Source: a virus. From it: 64,000 nucleotides of DNA. Each line of letters opens with the position of its first letter. Position 1 is the stretch's first letter. Under the pieces are notes generated by a model. It worked only from the letters and a program-made list of their open reading frames with translations. It had not been told where the DNA came from and did not search any database. The position numbers and the translations under genes were made by a program. Shown one piece after another: positions 19,847-30,707 of the stretch. The stretch lies in the IMG/VR virus record IMGVR_UViG_3300029690_000340; one strand, given 5' to 3'.

Positions 19847-20368
19847 ATGAAAGAACAAAATCTCACCAACCGCACTGTATGGAGCCGTGAAGTGCTCAAG
19901 GGTTCCCTGGAGGGGCTTATTATCGCTCTTCTTTTGTTCCGAATCCTGTTCAATGTTGTTGTGGTGTCCGGCCCTTCTATGGTGCCGACGCTTGCGGACA
20001 ATAGTGTGATTCTGACAAATCACATTAAGCCGAATCTGGAGTTTGAGAGCATTGTTGTTTGCAATTCGAGCGGTCTGGATGAAAATATCGTTAAGCGTAT
20101 TATTGGTTGCCCCGGTGATACCATCGACATTGATTTCGAACAGGGGGTGGTCTATCGCAACGGAATCGCGCTGAGTGAACCGTACACGAATACCCCGACC
20201 AACATCGAATATGACGATGGCATATCGTTTCCTCTCACCGTGGAGGAGGACTATTACTTTGTGCTGGGGGATAATCGAAACAACAGCCTTGACAGCCGCA
20301 GCTCCATTGTCGGATTGATTCCGAGAACGGACATCGAGTCGTCCTATGTACTCACTATCATCGGGTAA
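19847..20368 (+). CDS. signal peptidase I (S26 family)
   Basis: SGPSMVPTL (catalytic Ser box), NIVKRIIGCPGD, LGDNRNNSLDSRS boxes. RBS AGAGGTG. Confidence 0.75.
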   Translation: MKEQNLTNRTVWSREVLKGSLEGLIIALLLFRILFNVVVVSGPSMVPTLADNSVILTNHIKPNLEFESIVVCNSSGLDENIVKRIIGCPGDTIDIDFEQGVVYRNGIALSEPYTNTPTNIEYDDGISFPLTVEEDYYFVLGDNRNNSLDSRSSIVGLIPRTDIESSYVLTIIG

Positions 20369-20390
20369 TCATTGAAAAACAAGAAGAAGG

Positions 20391-20423
20391 CCTATGAGCG
20401 GGATTCCGTTCATAGGTCTTTTA
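20391..20423 (+). terminator. rho-independent terminator
   Basis: CCTATGAGCGGGATTCCGTTCATAGG hairpin + TCTTTTACTTTT. Confidence 0.55.
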
Positions 20424-20525
20424 CTTTTGAAAATCCGCGAAAAAATTGACTTTTGAATGAAAGGTTGTAATAATAAAAGCGTAGGGCATTAAGATGCCCA
20501 AAATAACGCAAAGGAGGCAATAGCA

Positions 20526-21779
20526 ATGGTCAAAAAAGATGGAGCAGCTGCTTCAATCGAGGAAAACGCTGAAGTGCAGGCTCCCGCTGAGGAACAGAGC
20601 AACGTCCAATCCTCCACCGCAGAGAGCGTTGAAACGCAGGCCCCCAATGAGGAGGACGCAGAGATGCAGGCACTCTTTGAAGGGCTTGATGGAAACGAAC
20701 CTGAGCAGTCCGGCGCGGAGGAAACCGCTCCCAAAGGGAAGCCTACCCGTGCTGATGTACTGAGGGAGGCAAGACGGCGGAGAGCGGAAAGAAGTGAGTC
20801 TGTCCGTGCTTATCAGGAGTTTCTTATCGGGCTTTCTTCGTTGACGGTCGCAGCCAAAAACCACAGCATCGTAAACGGTCTCGTCTCTCATATTGAGCAG
20901 CGAAACGATGTGGATTCGGAAGTTCCCTGTGTCATGATTATCGCGCTCGTAGAGGGCCGCTACAAGGTTTCCATTCCCTTTGACGAGTTCTATCAGAAGA
21001 ATCCCATTGATATGGCGACGGTAAATATGGAAACTAAGGCCGGTCGTGAAGAGTACGTCAACCGCTGCGCTACGATGGCGGCAAAGTTGTATTCCCTGAA
21101 TGTGCCGATGGTGATTACGACTATCCAGGTCGATGAAAGCACCGATGCTGAAGCCGGAGTTCCGGCTTATGTCATTGTCGCGTCCCGTAAGGCTGCGCTC
21201 GACATTATTGAGGAGGCAAATTACGGAGACCGACCTAACGGTGATGGCCCGCGCATTCAGGAAGGCGATTTTGTTCGTGCTCAGATTACCTCTGTGGCAC
21301 GCGACAGCATTGCCGTTGTGGTTGGCGGAGTCGATACGCGGGTGTCGCTCCACGCCCTGACTTTCGAGTACCTTGTTGACGCGAGAACCAAATACAAGGT
21401 GGGGCAGGAAATTATGGTTCAGGTAGAGCAAATCATCAAAGAGAAAGATGGCCACCACATCGTCGAGGTGAACTGTAAGCAGCCTGAGTTGGAGCGTGCG
21501 AAGCAAATGCGCAGTGCTCTTCCAATCGGCTCCATCGTGTTTGGCATCGTATCTTCCGTGGCAGCGAGTAAGAAGCAGCCTGGGAATATCAATGTGTTGG
21601 CGTATATCAAGATGTACGATTTACCCGTACTCGTGAACAATATGCCTGCGAAATTCCTTGGGAGCGAGCCTCCGCGTGGTTCGACCGTCCGGCTGAAGGT
21701 TCTTAATTATTTGGACAACGGGATGATTCTGTGCCGGTGCATCGGCACCCAAGGCCCCATGAATTTCCCCAACGCCTGA
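20526..21779 (+). CDS. hypothetical protein with acidic N-terminus
   Basis: RBS AAGGAGG. N-terminal ~80 aa is E/A/Q-rich. Remainder has no recognisable family. Confidence 0.4.
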   Translation: MVKKDGAAASIEENAEVQAPAEEQSNVQSSTAESVETQAPNEEDAEMQALFEGLDGNEPEQSGAEETAPKGKPTRADVLREARRRRAERSESVRAYQEFLIGLSSLTVAAKNHSIVNGLVSHIEQRNDVDSEVPCVMIIALVEGRYKVSIPFDEFYQKNPIDMATVNMETKAGREEYVNRCATMAAKLYSLNVPMVITTIQVDESTDAEAGVPAYVIVASRKAALDIIEEANYGDRPNGDGPRIQEGDFVRAQITSVARDSIAVVVGGVDTRVSLHALTFEYLVDARTKYKVGQEIMVQVEQIIKEKDGHHIVEVNCKQPELERAKQMRSALPIGSIVFGIVSSVAASKKQPGNINVLAYIKMYDLPVLVNNMPAKFLGSEPPRGSTVRLKVLNYLDNGMILCRCIGTQGPMNFPNA

Positions 21780-21792
21780 TGACCGTTTCGGT

Positions 21793-21830
21793 GCGGCTCC
21801 CCTCCACTCGGAGTCGGAGCCGCGCTTTTC
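21793..21830 (+). terminator. rho-independent terminator
   Basis: GCGGCTCCCCTCCACTCGGAGTCGGAGCCGC hairpin + TTTTCTTT. Confidence 0.55.
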
Positions 21831-21866
21831 TTTGAAACGTTTTTTTGAAAGGAGGCTTGCATTCTC

Positions 21867-22739
21867 GTGAGCGATAAGCGTAACGAGGACTTGAAACAGT
21901 TCATTATTCCAGAAAATTTTATGGGAGAATCCAGACTATTTCAAGGGCAGTTAAAGACACGCAATGTAGTGGAAGGAGGATTGATTTCGGGGGTATTGGC
22001 AATTTTCTTTTGGAATGTCATTTCAGTTCCTATCACCACAAAAATATCCCTGGTCATATTTTTTTCCGCACCACTTGGTCTGCTTGGCCTGTTTGGCGTG
22101 AACGGCGACCCGCTGTCCACCTTTATCAAGATTTTCTTTTCATGGCGAAGAAAACGGGGGCTGATGTTGTTCAACAACGAAGCACGAGCGTTGAAGGAAG
22201 CCCCCATTAAGCTCATGATGTCGGAAGATGGCATGGGCGACAAACTCAGGGATTTTCTGGATGCCAGAAAGGAAAAGAAGGCCGCTGAACGGGCGAGTCA
22301 GGAGATGGTCGAAGGCAAAACGTTCGAGTTTGCACCTGACAGTTCACTTGAGGGCAACTACATTGATGAAGATGACGATGGCGATGAAACGCCGAGCGGC
22401 AGCGCCGGCAATCTCCATAAAACAAAGCGCAACCAATCCTTCGTTGAAGTGGAAGTCCTGGAAGAGGATGACGATACCTCGTTGGAACTGGACGGATTTA
22501 CGGAGGATATCGACAGCAGCACCGTTGAGGAATCTGGCCTGCCGTTGCCGGATTTGGGCGGGGCCGACGATGTGGAATTGAGTAACGATGACACTAACGA
22601 GATGCCTGACGCCGAGGAACCTGACGATAATCCCCCTGCGTGTGAAACGCAGCTGGAGTCTGCGGCAGAGGATAATTCTGACGCCGAAGGCGACGCGGAT
22701 GGGGAAGATGAAGAACTTGACGAGGAGGATTTGTTTTAA
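21867..22739 (+). CDS. PrgI-family (VirB3-like) T4SS membrane protein with highly acidic C-terminal tail
   Basis: GTG start after GAAAGGAGG. Two TM helices (LISGVLAIFFWNVISVPI / LVIFFSAPLGLLGLFGV) as in PrgI-family proteins. Its stop overlaps the VirB4 start, as is typical. Confidence 0.5.
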   Translation: MSDKRNEDLKQFIIPENFMGESRLFQGQLKTRNVVEGGLISGVLAIFFWNVISVPITTKISLVIFFSAPLGLLGLFGVNGDPLSTFIKIFFSWRRKRGLMLFNNEARALKEAPIKLMMSEDGMGDKLRDFLDARKEKKAAERASQEMVEGKTFEFAPDSSLEGNYIDEDDDGDETPSGSAGNLHKTKRNQSFVEVEVLEEDDDTSLELDGFTEDIDSSTVEESGLPLPDLGGADDVELSNDDTNEMPDAEEPDDNPPACETQLESAAEDNSDAEGDADGEDEELDEEDLF

Positions 22740-25231
22740 TGTCCAGAAAACTGAAACAGGTGATAAGCTGCCAATCTTTCTCGCCCATAAGCGATGTTCG
22801 TGACGGCATCATCGTCACGAAAGACGGGAAATTTGTGAAGTTGATGGAGTTCTCTCCCATTAACTACGGCTTACGGTCGAACGAGGATAAGAACATGATT
22901 ACGGCACAATATGCGGCCGCAATCCGCTCGTTTCCAAGCGTTGTCCAAATCAAAGTTCTGTCCAATCGCGCAAATGTCGAACACTATATTTCCGGCATGG
23001 TGGAAAGTGTGCGCCATGAAAAGAATGAAGGAACCCGTGAACTGATGCGGGAGCAAATCGACATGATGTCAGAATTTGGCACATCGCAAGGCGTATCCCG
23101 TCGCTTCTTTCTCGCATTCCAGTACGAGGAAGAAGAGGGATTCGCACATCGTTCACCATCATGGAATGAAATCAGAAGCACCATTACGAGACAGGAGGAC
23201 GCCATCAGAAGCAACCTTCGGGCCTGCGGCAACATTATGATTTCAAGGCCTCACGATGACGTCTATGTGCTTTCCACGCTTTACGATATCATGTCCAGAG
23301 CACAGAGCGCGAACCACCCGTTTGACGAGAGAATGGCGGATGTTGTTGCCCGATATACGGCGGCAAACATCGACTTCACGCGAGATAGTGCGGCGCATCT
23401 TCCTGTCAATGATGTGCTTGCTCCGTACTGCATTGATACGGAGTCAAGTCCCCGATATATCATCGTGGATGGCATCTACTATATGTGCTGCTATCTTCCG
23501 AGCAATGCCTATCCTGTGCGCGTTCTTGGCGGCTGGATGCAGCTGCTGGCAGGACTGGGGGAGGGGATTGATGTGGATGTTTGGCTTCAGAAGATTTCAC
23601 CGGAGAAGATTCAAACTGCACTGCATCATGGCCTGCGGTTCAATGCAATGCGCTTCCGCAACACAGAAACCACCAGTAGCGACTACGATGATGTGAAGGC
23701 TGCGGTGGACGCAGGATACTATCTGAAAAGCTCTCTCGCGGCCGGCGACGAATTTGCCTATATGTCTACAATGCTCACTATTACAGGTGAAAGCGAGCGA
23801 GAAATTGACTACAAATTCAAGGAAATCCGGCGCATTTTCATTGAGAGAGAATTGACTCTTAAACCTTGTACTTTCCAGCAAGCAGAAGCGTTTCGCTCCA
23901 CCATTCCCGTATGTGAGTATGACAAAAACCTATTCCGTAAGAGCCGCAGAAATATTCTGTGTTCCGATTTTGCGTCCACCTATATGTTCACATCTTCCGA
24001 GCTGTGCGATAAGGACGGCGTGATGCTGGGCGTGGATGATGTGTTCAAATCACCGGTTCTGGTCAACTTCTTCGACCGCCAGCAATATATCAATGCCAAC
24101 ATCAATATTGTCGGCTCCTCTGGCTCCGGTAAGACCTTCACCACGCAGGTTCTGGCATTGAGAATGCGGGAGAAGGGGGTTCAAACCTTCATTATCGCGC
24201 CGCTGAAAGGCAAGGAGTTCCTGCCGCTTTGTGAGAAGGTTGGGGGCAGTTTCATTGAAATCAAACCCGGTTCCGGACAGAATATCAATATCATGGAGAT
24301 ACGCAAGAAGGAAGAGGGCAACGTCTACGATGACGATGGTGCGTTGGTCACTTCCGGCTCGATTTTGGCACAGAAAATCCAGCAGCTTCTCATTTTCTTT
24401 AAGCTGATTATCCCGGACATGACGCCAGAAGAGGTGCAGTATGTGGATGACGCGCTGCTGAAAACTTACGGCAATTTCGGAATTACCCATAAGAACAAGA
24501 GCCTGTTGGACCCCAACGACAAGAAGAAATACCGCAAAATGCCTATCCTTTCGGACGTATATTCCGAGCTGGAAAAGATGGGCGCACCAGCAAATCGTTT
24601 GTGCCGTTTGCTGACGCGATACACCACAGGTTCTGCATCTTCGTTCAACGCGCAAACCAATGTGAACCTTAACAACAAGTTCGTAGTGCTGGATGTTTCC
24701 GATGCGCAGAAAGACTTCCTTCCTGTGGCTATGTTCCTTGCATTGGATTATGTTTGGGATAAATGCAAGGAAAATCGGAACGTCAACAAGTGTGTTTTCA
24801 TTGACGAGACTTGGCGCTTGGTCTGCTCCGATGCACCTATCGAAGCCGCCAATTTCGTGGTCGAAATCTTCCGTACTATCCGAGGCTTCGGCGGAAGCGC
24901 CGTCGCTGCCACGCAGAATATCGCAGACTTCTTCTCTGCGGGAATTGGCACCGCCATCATCGGAAACGCCAAAATCAAAATGATTTTGCGCAGCGAAAAA
25001 GAGGAAGCAAACGCGATTGCGGATGCGATTGGTCTGACCGACGAGGAACTCAAGCGTGTAAAAACCATGGACCGTGGAACCTGTCTCCTGACCGCAAATG
25101 AGAACCACATTTTCATCAATGTTAAGGCGACGGATACTGAAGAATACCTGATAACGACTGACCCCAAAGCAAGAGCCGCTGCGAAGCGCCGAATTGAGCA
25201 GAAGCGTACTTGCGCTGCCTTCAGGCGCTGA
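22739..25231 (+). CDS. VirB4-family conjugation ATPase
   Basis: 830 aa. Walker A NINIVGSSGSGKTFTTQ. Walker B VFIDETWRL. Conserved C-terminal ATPase region. Translationally coupled to the PrgI-like gene (TAATG). Confidence 0.8.
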   Translation: MSRKLKQVISCQSFSPISDVRDGIIVTKDGKFVKLMEFSPINYGLRSNEDKNMITAQYAAAIRSFPSVVQIKVLSNRANVEHYISGMVESVRHEKNEGTRELMREQIDMMSEFGTSQGVSRRFFLAFQYEEEEGFAHRSPSWNEIRSTITRQEDAIRSNLRACGNIMISRPHDDVYVLSTLYDIMSRAQSANHPFDERMADVVARYTAANIDFTRDSAAHLPVNDVLAPYCIDTESSPRYIIVDGIYYMCCYLPSNAYPVRVLGGWMQLLAGLGEGIDVDVWLQKISPEKIQTALHHGLRFNAMRFRNTETTSSDYDDVKAAVDAGYYLKSSLAAGDEFAYMSTMLTITGESEREIDYKFKEIRRIFIERELTLKPCTFQQAEAFRSTIPVCEYDKNLFRKSRRNILCSDFASTYMFTSSELCDKDGVMLGVDDVFKSPVLVNFFDRQQYINANINIVGSSGSGKTFTTQVLALRMREKGVQTFIIAPLKGKEFLPLCEKVGGSFIEIKPGSGQNINIMEIRKKEEGNVYDDDGALVTSGSILAQKIQQLLIFFKLIIPDMTPEEVQYVDDALLKTYGNFGITHKNKSLLDPNDKKKYRKMPILSDVYSELEKMGAPANRLCRLLTRYTTGSASSFNAQTNVNLNNKFVVLDVSDAQKDFLPVAMFLALDYVWDKCKENRNVNKCVFIDETWRLVCSDAPIEAANFVVEIFRTIRGFGGSAVAATQNIADFFSAGIGTAIIGNAKIKMILRSEKEEANAIADAIGLTDEELKRVKTMDRGTCLLTANENHIFINVKATDTEEYLITTDPKARAAAKRRIEQKRTCAAFRR

Positions 25232-25270
25232 TTTCAGGGGAAAAAACTATTTACAAGAGAGGTGCTGACT

Positions 25271-25882
25271 ATGTTATATGAAGCTCCTGTTGACAATTTG
25301 AAATGTCTCATGAGGTCATGTACTGTGCTGAGTCGAAGCGGGTTGTATCGCTTTTTCTCTTCGCAGCTTACGCAAGCGCAGGTTGATTTTCTTATCAATG
25401 CGCTGGCAAGCCAACGAGTCCTTGACATCGACGAACAGGACTACGAACTGATTTGGTTTCACCGGATGGGCCTGAAAACTTCGAGGCTGAGACCGGAATA
25501 TGTGAAGGCGAAAATCCGTGCGTTTTGGGTGATTGCCCGTGTCGGATGCGACGCTATTCTGGATGTAACCTCGCTGGACCATCCGATGCAGTTCTCCTTC
25601 ATCGCGAGCACGTTGGACGAGAACGGTGAGGAGCGGTATATTCCGTATGATATTGCCGTCTGCAACACCGTTGACATCGCAAAGACTGTTGTTTACAAGC
25701 GAAGCAAATGCGAACGGAGCGCCATTGAGGAGGAGGCTACGCACATCGCACTGGTGAATAATAAGGAAACCGGCGAGGCAATTATGAAAGAATGCCTGGA
25801 CGAAAATAGCCGCCTTTACCGTGGATTTGACTGTTTCTGTACGCTGGATAATAACAATATTCCGAGGTATGTCTCATGGTGA
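25271..25882 (+). CDS. hypothetical protein
   Basis: ATG after AGAGAGGTG. No recognisable family. Confidence 0.35.
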   Translation: MLYEAPVDNLKCLMRSCTVLSRSGLYRFFSSQLTQAQVDFLINALASQRVLDIDEQDYELIWFHRMGLKTSRLRPEYVKAKIRAFWVIARVGCDAILDVTSLDHPMQFSFIASTLDENGEERYIPYDIAVCNTVDIAKTVVYKRSKCERSAIEEEATHIALVNNKETGEAIMKECLDENSRLYRGFDCFCTLDNNNIPRYVSW

Positions 25883-26694
25883 ATTCAACTTTGCCGGATG
25901 AAGAATTCGTGTTGACGCTCATGCAAATCGACGAGGCAAAGTCCGTGGCAGAGGAAGTTGCAGAGGAAGCAAATGCGCTGAATAACCTTGCAGGAAGTGT
26001 GTTGAAACTGTCTGAAAAAGTGGAGCACGACCATGGCTTTCTTGAACGCGAAGCAAATCAAATTGACGCGCAGAAAATTGTGAAGTCCTTCTACGTTTCA
26101 GGACTCGTCCACACGCACTCGCTGTATCAGGCAATCATCGCGCCGAATACCGCAGGCGGACTTCTTTCGCAAGCAGCTGTTCAGAGGGAAAACTATCTTG
26201 CATTTGGCGCTGAAATCGAGGGAATCCGCACTTTCCTCTCGGAGGGAAAGCTGCTAATAAAGTTGCCGATGTTGCCTGTCATTTGGAGCCGAAGTTACGC
26301 ACTTACACATATCGAAAAGGCCTCTGCTTTGAAGCGGTTCTTCTCCTTTTTTACGCAGTCTTTGCACGAGAGCCTGATGCTTCTTGACAACGAAATTCCC
26401 CCGTTCCCAAGTCAAAGCATCAACTATATTTTTGTGTTTCCTTGCTCGGAAAATATCGTTGTTGACTGCGATAATTTCGACACAAAAGCAATCACAGACA
26501 CCATTTGCCTGCATACTTTTTGCGATGACTCCGCAGAAAAAACCAGCTTTCACATGACGGGTTTTCGCTCCAATGATGTCCCACGAGGAACCTACATTTG
26601 CGTCTGTCCGGACAAATTTTCGGCCGCAAATCCGCACGAAATCATTCAAATTTTCCATCAGAATTTTGCTGATTTACCGGCAAAAAATGGCTGA
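25876..26694 (+). CDS. hypothetical protein
   Basis: Overlaps previous gene by 7 nt. No recognisable family. Confidence 0.35.
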   Translation: MVNSTLPDEEFVLTLMQIDEAKSVAEEVAEEANALNNLAGSVLKLSEKVEHDHGFLEREANQIDAQKIVKSFYVSGLVHTHSLYQAIIAPNTAGGLLSQAAVQRENYLAFGAEIEGIRTFLSEGKLLIKLPMLPVIWSRSYALTHIEKASALKRFFSFFTQSLHESLMLLDNEIPPFPSQSINYIFVFPCSENIVVDCDNFDTKAITDTICLHTFCDDSAEKTSFHMTGFRSNDVPRGTYICVCPDKFSAANPHEIIQIFHQNFADLPAKNG

Positions 26695-26985
26695 AAAAGT
26701 ATACAAAAAAATCGACATTCGCAAAAACGGTTTATTTGTATACAAAAAAGCTGTAAAAACCGTGATTTTGCAAAGGCTCCGAAGCACGGTCAGCGGAATT
26801 TTCCGTCATGCTCAGGAGTCAGCGGAGAAAGCAATCATTTTTTGGACTTTTAAGCCATCTGCTGCCATCTTGGTAACTGTCAGAGAAATCAGGCGCTTAT
26901 TTCCGCATAGGCAGAGGTCGATAACAGCCGCTGAGCGGCTCGGTAAAAGAGCCTGTAAAAGAATGAAAGAGAGGAGGTCTCAAAG

Positions 26986-28374
26986 ATGGAGCGATTGACC
27001 TGCTATGAAAGCATCCTATACCAACTGCTTGTGTTCAATTATGCGACCAAGAAATCCCTTCTCTTGCTCAACTTTTCAAAAGATGCCATCTATCGTGCTG
27101 TTGAACGCGGGGTGGAAGAACGAACCATCAGTGATGGGCGAATGACATACAACATCAAAGGCGTATCTCGCAAACATCAACTGACGTATCTCACTATAAC
27201 ACCAATCGGCATTGAATACCTCAAGCAGAAATGCTCACATAAAATCCAATGGCTTTCCAATCTCAGCGTCGAGGACTCCGAAAGAGTGCAAATCAAAGGC
27301 ACGCGCTTTTCAACGAATTACGCGGAACGGTTCCTTCGGTCAACAGTATCAATGCAGATGGCGGTGGAAGCTGGCATCAGCGGAAAGATGATGTTTATAG
27401 TCAGGAGCGAGGAGGAAATGGAGAAGAGTGTTTTAGCCTCCAAACAGAAGATGAACACCGACGAGCAATCCGACCGCTGGTGGCTCGACGACATTGAGAG
27501 CATTCTTGGGGAAGATGGTGCGGACAACGACGAGGACGATTACGAGGAGGAGGAATGCGAAGCCGAGTACGAAGTTGTGACCTGCGCAGCAGATGACGGA
27601 ACGCCATTGATGAAGATGATAATGGAAGCAACTAACGGAAATATAACGATTCGGAACAGAGGGGAAAAGAAAGATGGCCCCATATTCTATTCGTCCGATG
27701 AAGTTAAACGGGTCGAGCTGTCAACGCTGTCCGAGGAGCGGAAGAAGCAGGCAGCACGCGGGCTTATGATGTGCAGGCTCAGCGGTCTTTTAATCGGCTG
27801 TTTTCATAGCTACATTGTCTATCTCGCAAACGCGAACGGCATGGATTGGCACGAGCACATTGTATCCAAGGAAATCACACTGAAAAACGGCTTTTCCAGA
27901 AACGCGAACAGAGCCGGAACCATCTCTCAGCAAAACAACGGAATACTCATTGTAAAGAACGCAAAAGACCTGGCCGACATTTACAGCGATAAGTTGAAAA
28001 GGCGAAAGCGGAAAGAGTATCTCGGAAAGGGCTTAGACCACCTTTATGTGCTGACGCTGGATAGAAAGGGCGTTGCACAGATGCGGACGCTGGCAGAGAC
28101 TGACGTCGATGCGGAGGAAATGGACATTATAGAGGCGGCGGTCGAGAGCGGCATCTATACGAAGAACACCGATGTGAGTGCGAAGCTATTTCCGCTCAAG
28201 ACCAAAGACGGCTTGTTGATATCCGTGGGAACCATTATGGATATCCGGCGAGTCGATACATTGAAAGCAGTCTCGGAAAAGACGCAGGTAGAGTATGGAA
28301 TTCTGTGCGAAGAATGGCAGATACCGTACTATGAAGCAATGGAGCAGGATGTCAAATACATGACAGTCTCTTAA
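26986..28374 (+). CDS. hypothetical protein (possible N-terminal winged-helix, internal acidic stretch)
   Basis: Strong RBS AGAGAGGAGG. Preceded by a 290-bp intergenic region with direct repeats GTATACAAAAAA (x2) and palindrome CCGCTGAGCGG. Confidence 0.4.
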   Translation: MERLTCYESILYQLLVFNYATKKSLLLLNFSKDAIYRAVERGVEERTISDGRMTYNIKGVSRKHQLTYLTITPIGIEYLKQKCSHKIQWLSNLSVEDSERVQIKGTRFSTNYAERFLRSTVSMQMAVEAGISGKMMFIVRSEEEMEKSVLASKQKMNTDEQSDRWWLDDIESILGEDGADNDEDDYEEEECEAEYEVVTCAADDGTPLMKMIMEATNGNITIRNRGEKKDGPIFYSSDEVKRVELSTLSEERKKQAARGLMMCRLSGLLIGCFHSYIVYLANANGMDWHEHIVSKEITLKNGFSRNANRAGTISQQNNGILIVKNAKDLADIYSDKLKRRKRKEYLGKGLDHLYVLTLDRKGVAQMRTLAETDVDAEEMDIIEAAVESGIYTKNTDVSAKLFPLKTKDGLLISVGTIMDIRRVDTLKAVSEKTQVEYGILCEEWQIPYYEAMEQDVKYMTVS

Positions 28375-28394
28375 CTGCATGAGGAGGATACAGC

Positions 28395-28880
28395 ATGGAA
28401 CAGAAATATTTAGTACGAATCAAAAGCGATGTCAGGGAAGCCGAGTTCGATGTGACCGGCGAGAACGGAGTGTGTACGAGCGTAAGACTGAAATCACTCC
28501 GCTACCTGAAGGCAAACCCGAACAGTGGACATGGGGAAGTAATGGATGCACACATCTATGAGAACGATGACAGCCCTATGAACTCCAATATGCTCTATAA
28601 GTGGATTGTTCTGTGGGGCAGTATCCCGGAGGTCATCAAAGAAGTCGAAACGAACCTGCCCGTTGTTATGCTGGAAACGAATGTGGTGTGGGACGGTTTT
28701 GAGGAAGACGAAGGAAAATCTGAAATCTGCTATACCTATCCGTTCTCCCACGCATGGGGTGGCAAATACGCAAAGTACGCAATTTCCAAGGTACTGTTCA
28801 GCGGCCAAGGTGAAATGGTCGCAAAAATGTTCAATAAAAATCTGGAAGATGTCCGTGTCCTCGTTCCCGAATTCTGCTGA
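28395..28880 (+). CDS. hypothetical protein
   Basis: RBS TGAGGAGGA. No recognisable family. Confidence 0.4.
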   Translation: MEQKYLVRIKSDVREAEFDVTGENGVCTSVRLKSLRYLKANPNSGHGEVMDAHIYENDDSPMNSNMLYKWIVLWGSIPEVIKEVETNLPVVMLETNVVWDGFEEDEGKSEICYTYPFSHAWGGKYAKYAISKVLFSGQGEMVAKMFNKNLEDVRVLVPEFC

Positions 28881-28973
28881 GCGAATGCGAAGCTGCGAAG
28901 CCAAAAAGTCAGCTTGTCAGAAACCGAGATATACGGTAGAATGAAGACATAGCTTTTTGGGGGGTGATTGCTT

Positions 28974-30707
28974 ATGTTGGATTCCATCAAAGATTGGTTT
29001 GTTGACCGGCTTCATAAGTACATGGATGCCGCACGGGAAATTGTGGAGAACAACGAGGGGATAAGGTCTGCGGAAACATACTACAGTACAGTCAAGGCAA
29101 CACTGAAAAAGGAAACCGCACTGCTCACTAAGACCTTCTGCATCGGCATGGGCGGAATTCTGGCGACCCAGCTGTGCGGATGGCTCGCCGAACTGCTCGG
29201 TCACGGTATCCTCAAAGTGATTAGCGCTGTGCTCGTACTCCTCTGTATCTGCATTGTGGCCTTCATTCTGCCGGCGGTTATCGGCTTGTTGTTAATGCTC
29301 CGAACCTTCTTCTTTGCAAACCGCAGCATGGCGGACGAGTGGCAGAAAGTCGTATCGGACGAACAGTATGCGGATTATGTGGAGCAGAGCAAATTCTTGA
29401 CCATGACTCGCGACAAAAATCAGAGGACAAAATGCCTTATCTATCTGGCCGCCTACGTTGCGGCCTTCGTCCTGGTCGTCTCGTTGTGGAAGGCTCTCGG
29501 CGTCGTCTCCTATGTGTTCTGCTACCTTGGCATTGTCCTGCTGATTCCGTACAGCGCCTATTATGTCTCCGTCCTGCTGAAAGCCCTGTTTGCGACCGGC
29601 AAGATGTACGAGTTCAAACCTGGCGTAAGCGGGAAGACCGCGCAGCATATCCGTGAGGAGCGGCAACGCAGGCAGGAAGAGGCCAGACGCCGGGAAGCGG
29701 AGGCGAAGCAGGCCGAGGAAGCAGCGATTGCTGCGGAGCAAAGCGGCATCATCGCCCATGCGCGACAGTACATCGACACGCTGGAGCGGACGCATCCGGA
29801 GTATTGCTGTGTCAGAGCACAGAAGAGAGCGGAAGTAAAAAGCTGGATAACGGAGAAGTGCAGGCTCAATATCCCAGATGCCTTCTGCGACGCTTACTCC
29901 GACCTCACGCTCGGTGAGTGTGTGCTTCTCGAAAAATCGAAAAACATCTTGCACTTGCGCAGCGAAATAGAAGCCAAACATTTTCAACTCAATAGTCAGC
30001 TTAATCTGATACTGGAAGGCGTGACTGGTCTCGCGGAAAGCGTGTGCTCGAACTACCGCAATCAAATCGCCAGCGCGGCGGCGGAAGCCGCTCGTGTGGA
30101 GCAGGAGCAGGAGGAGAGGGAGCGCAAAGCACGAGAACTGGGCGAAGCCGGTGAGAAGGAAGTGAATTACAAACTCAAGTGGTGGCTTGCAGAGCACAGC
30201 GCATACCGCAGCATCGCGGCAGACTGCGTGAGCAAGTACAGCGGAGGATGTATCCGTATTGCCGCGTGGGACTATATGAAAGAGCCGCAGGAAATCGACC
30301 ACCTTCTCGTAGGACCTGCCGGCGTCATTCATATTGAGACCAAAAACTACGTTGGAACCATCCGCGTCGATGACACGAACTATTGGGACCGGGATATGCG
30401 AAATGCAGGGCATTTCACCACAACGGAAAGCCCAGCTTTCCAAGTTAAGCGTCACGCTGCCTTACTGTCGAAAATCGTTGGTGAGGATGTTCCGGTATGC
30501 GGCATCATCTGCCTTGCCAACCCAAATGTAAAATTGCAGGATGCGGACAACAGCGAAATCCCGGTCGTAAAACTCGGCGAGCTGCCGGAACTGCTGGACG
30601 CACTGGATAAATCCACCGCCAGCCCTCTGACTGCACAGAAGGTAACAGAAGTGATTGGAAAAATCGAAAAGGCCAAAGTGAGAGGGGTCCCTCAAAATGA
30701 CAAATAA
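28974..30707 (+). CDS. membrane-anchored NERD (nuclease-related domain) protein with coiled-coil linker
   Basis: N-terminal TM helices. Long charged coiled coil (EERQRRQEEARRREAEAKQAEE...). C-terminal NERD-like block EIDHLLVGPAGVIHIETKNYVGTI. Confidence 0.6.
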   Translation: MLDSIKDWFVDRLHKYMDAAREIVENNEGIRSAETYYSTVKATLKKETALLTKTFCIGMGGILATQLCGWLAELLGHGILKVISAVLVLLCICIVAFILPAVIGLLLMLRTFFFANRSMADEWQKVVSDEQYADYVEQSKFLTMTRDKNQRTKCLIYLAAYVAAFVLVVSLWKALGVVSYVFCYLGIVLLIPYSAYYVSVLLKALFATGKMYEFKPGVSGKTAQHIREERQRRQEEARRREAEAKQAEEAAIAAEQSGIIAHARQYIDTLERTHPEYCCVRAQKRAEVKSWITEKCRLNIPDAFCDAYSDLTLGECVLLEKSKNILHLRSEIEAKHFQLNSQLNLILEGVTGLAESVCSNYRNQIASAAAEAARVEQEQEERERKARELGEAGEKEVNYKLKWWLAEHSAYRSIAADCVSKYSGGCIRIAAWDYMKEPQEIDHLLVGPAGVIHIETKNYVGTIRVDDTNYWDRDMRNAGHFTTTESPAFQVKRHAALLSKIVGEDVPVCGIICLANPNVKLQDADNSEIPVVKLGELPELLDALDKSTASPLTAQKVTEVIGKIEKAKVRGVPQNDK

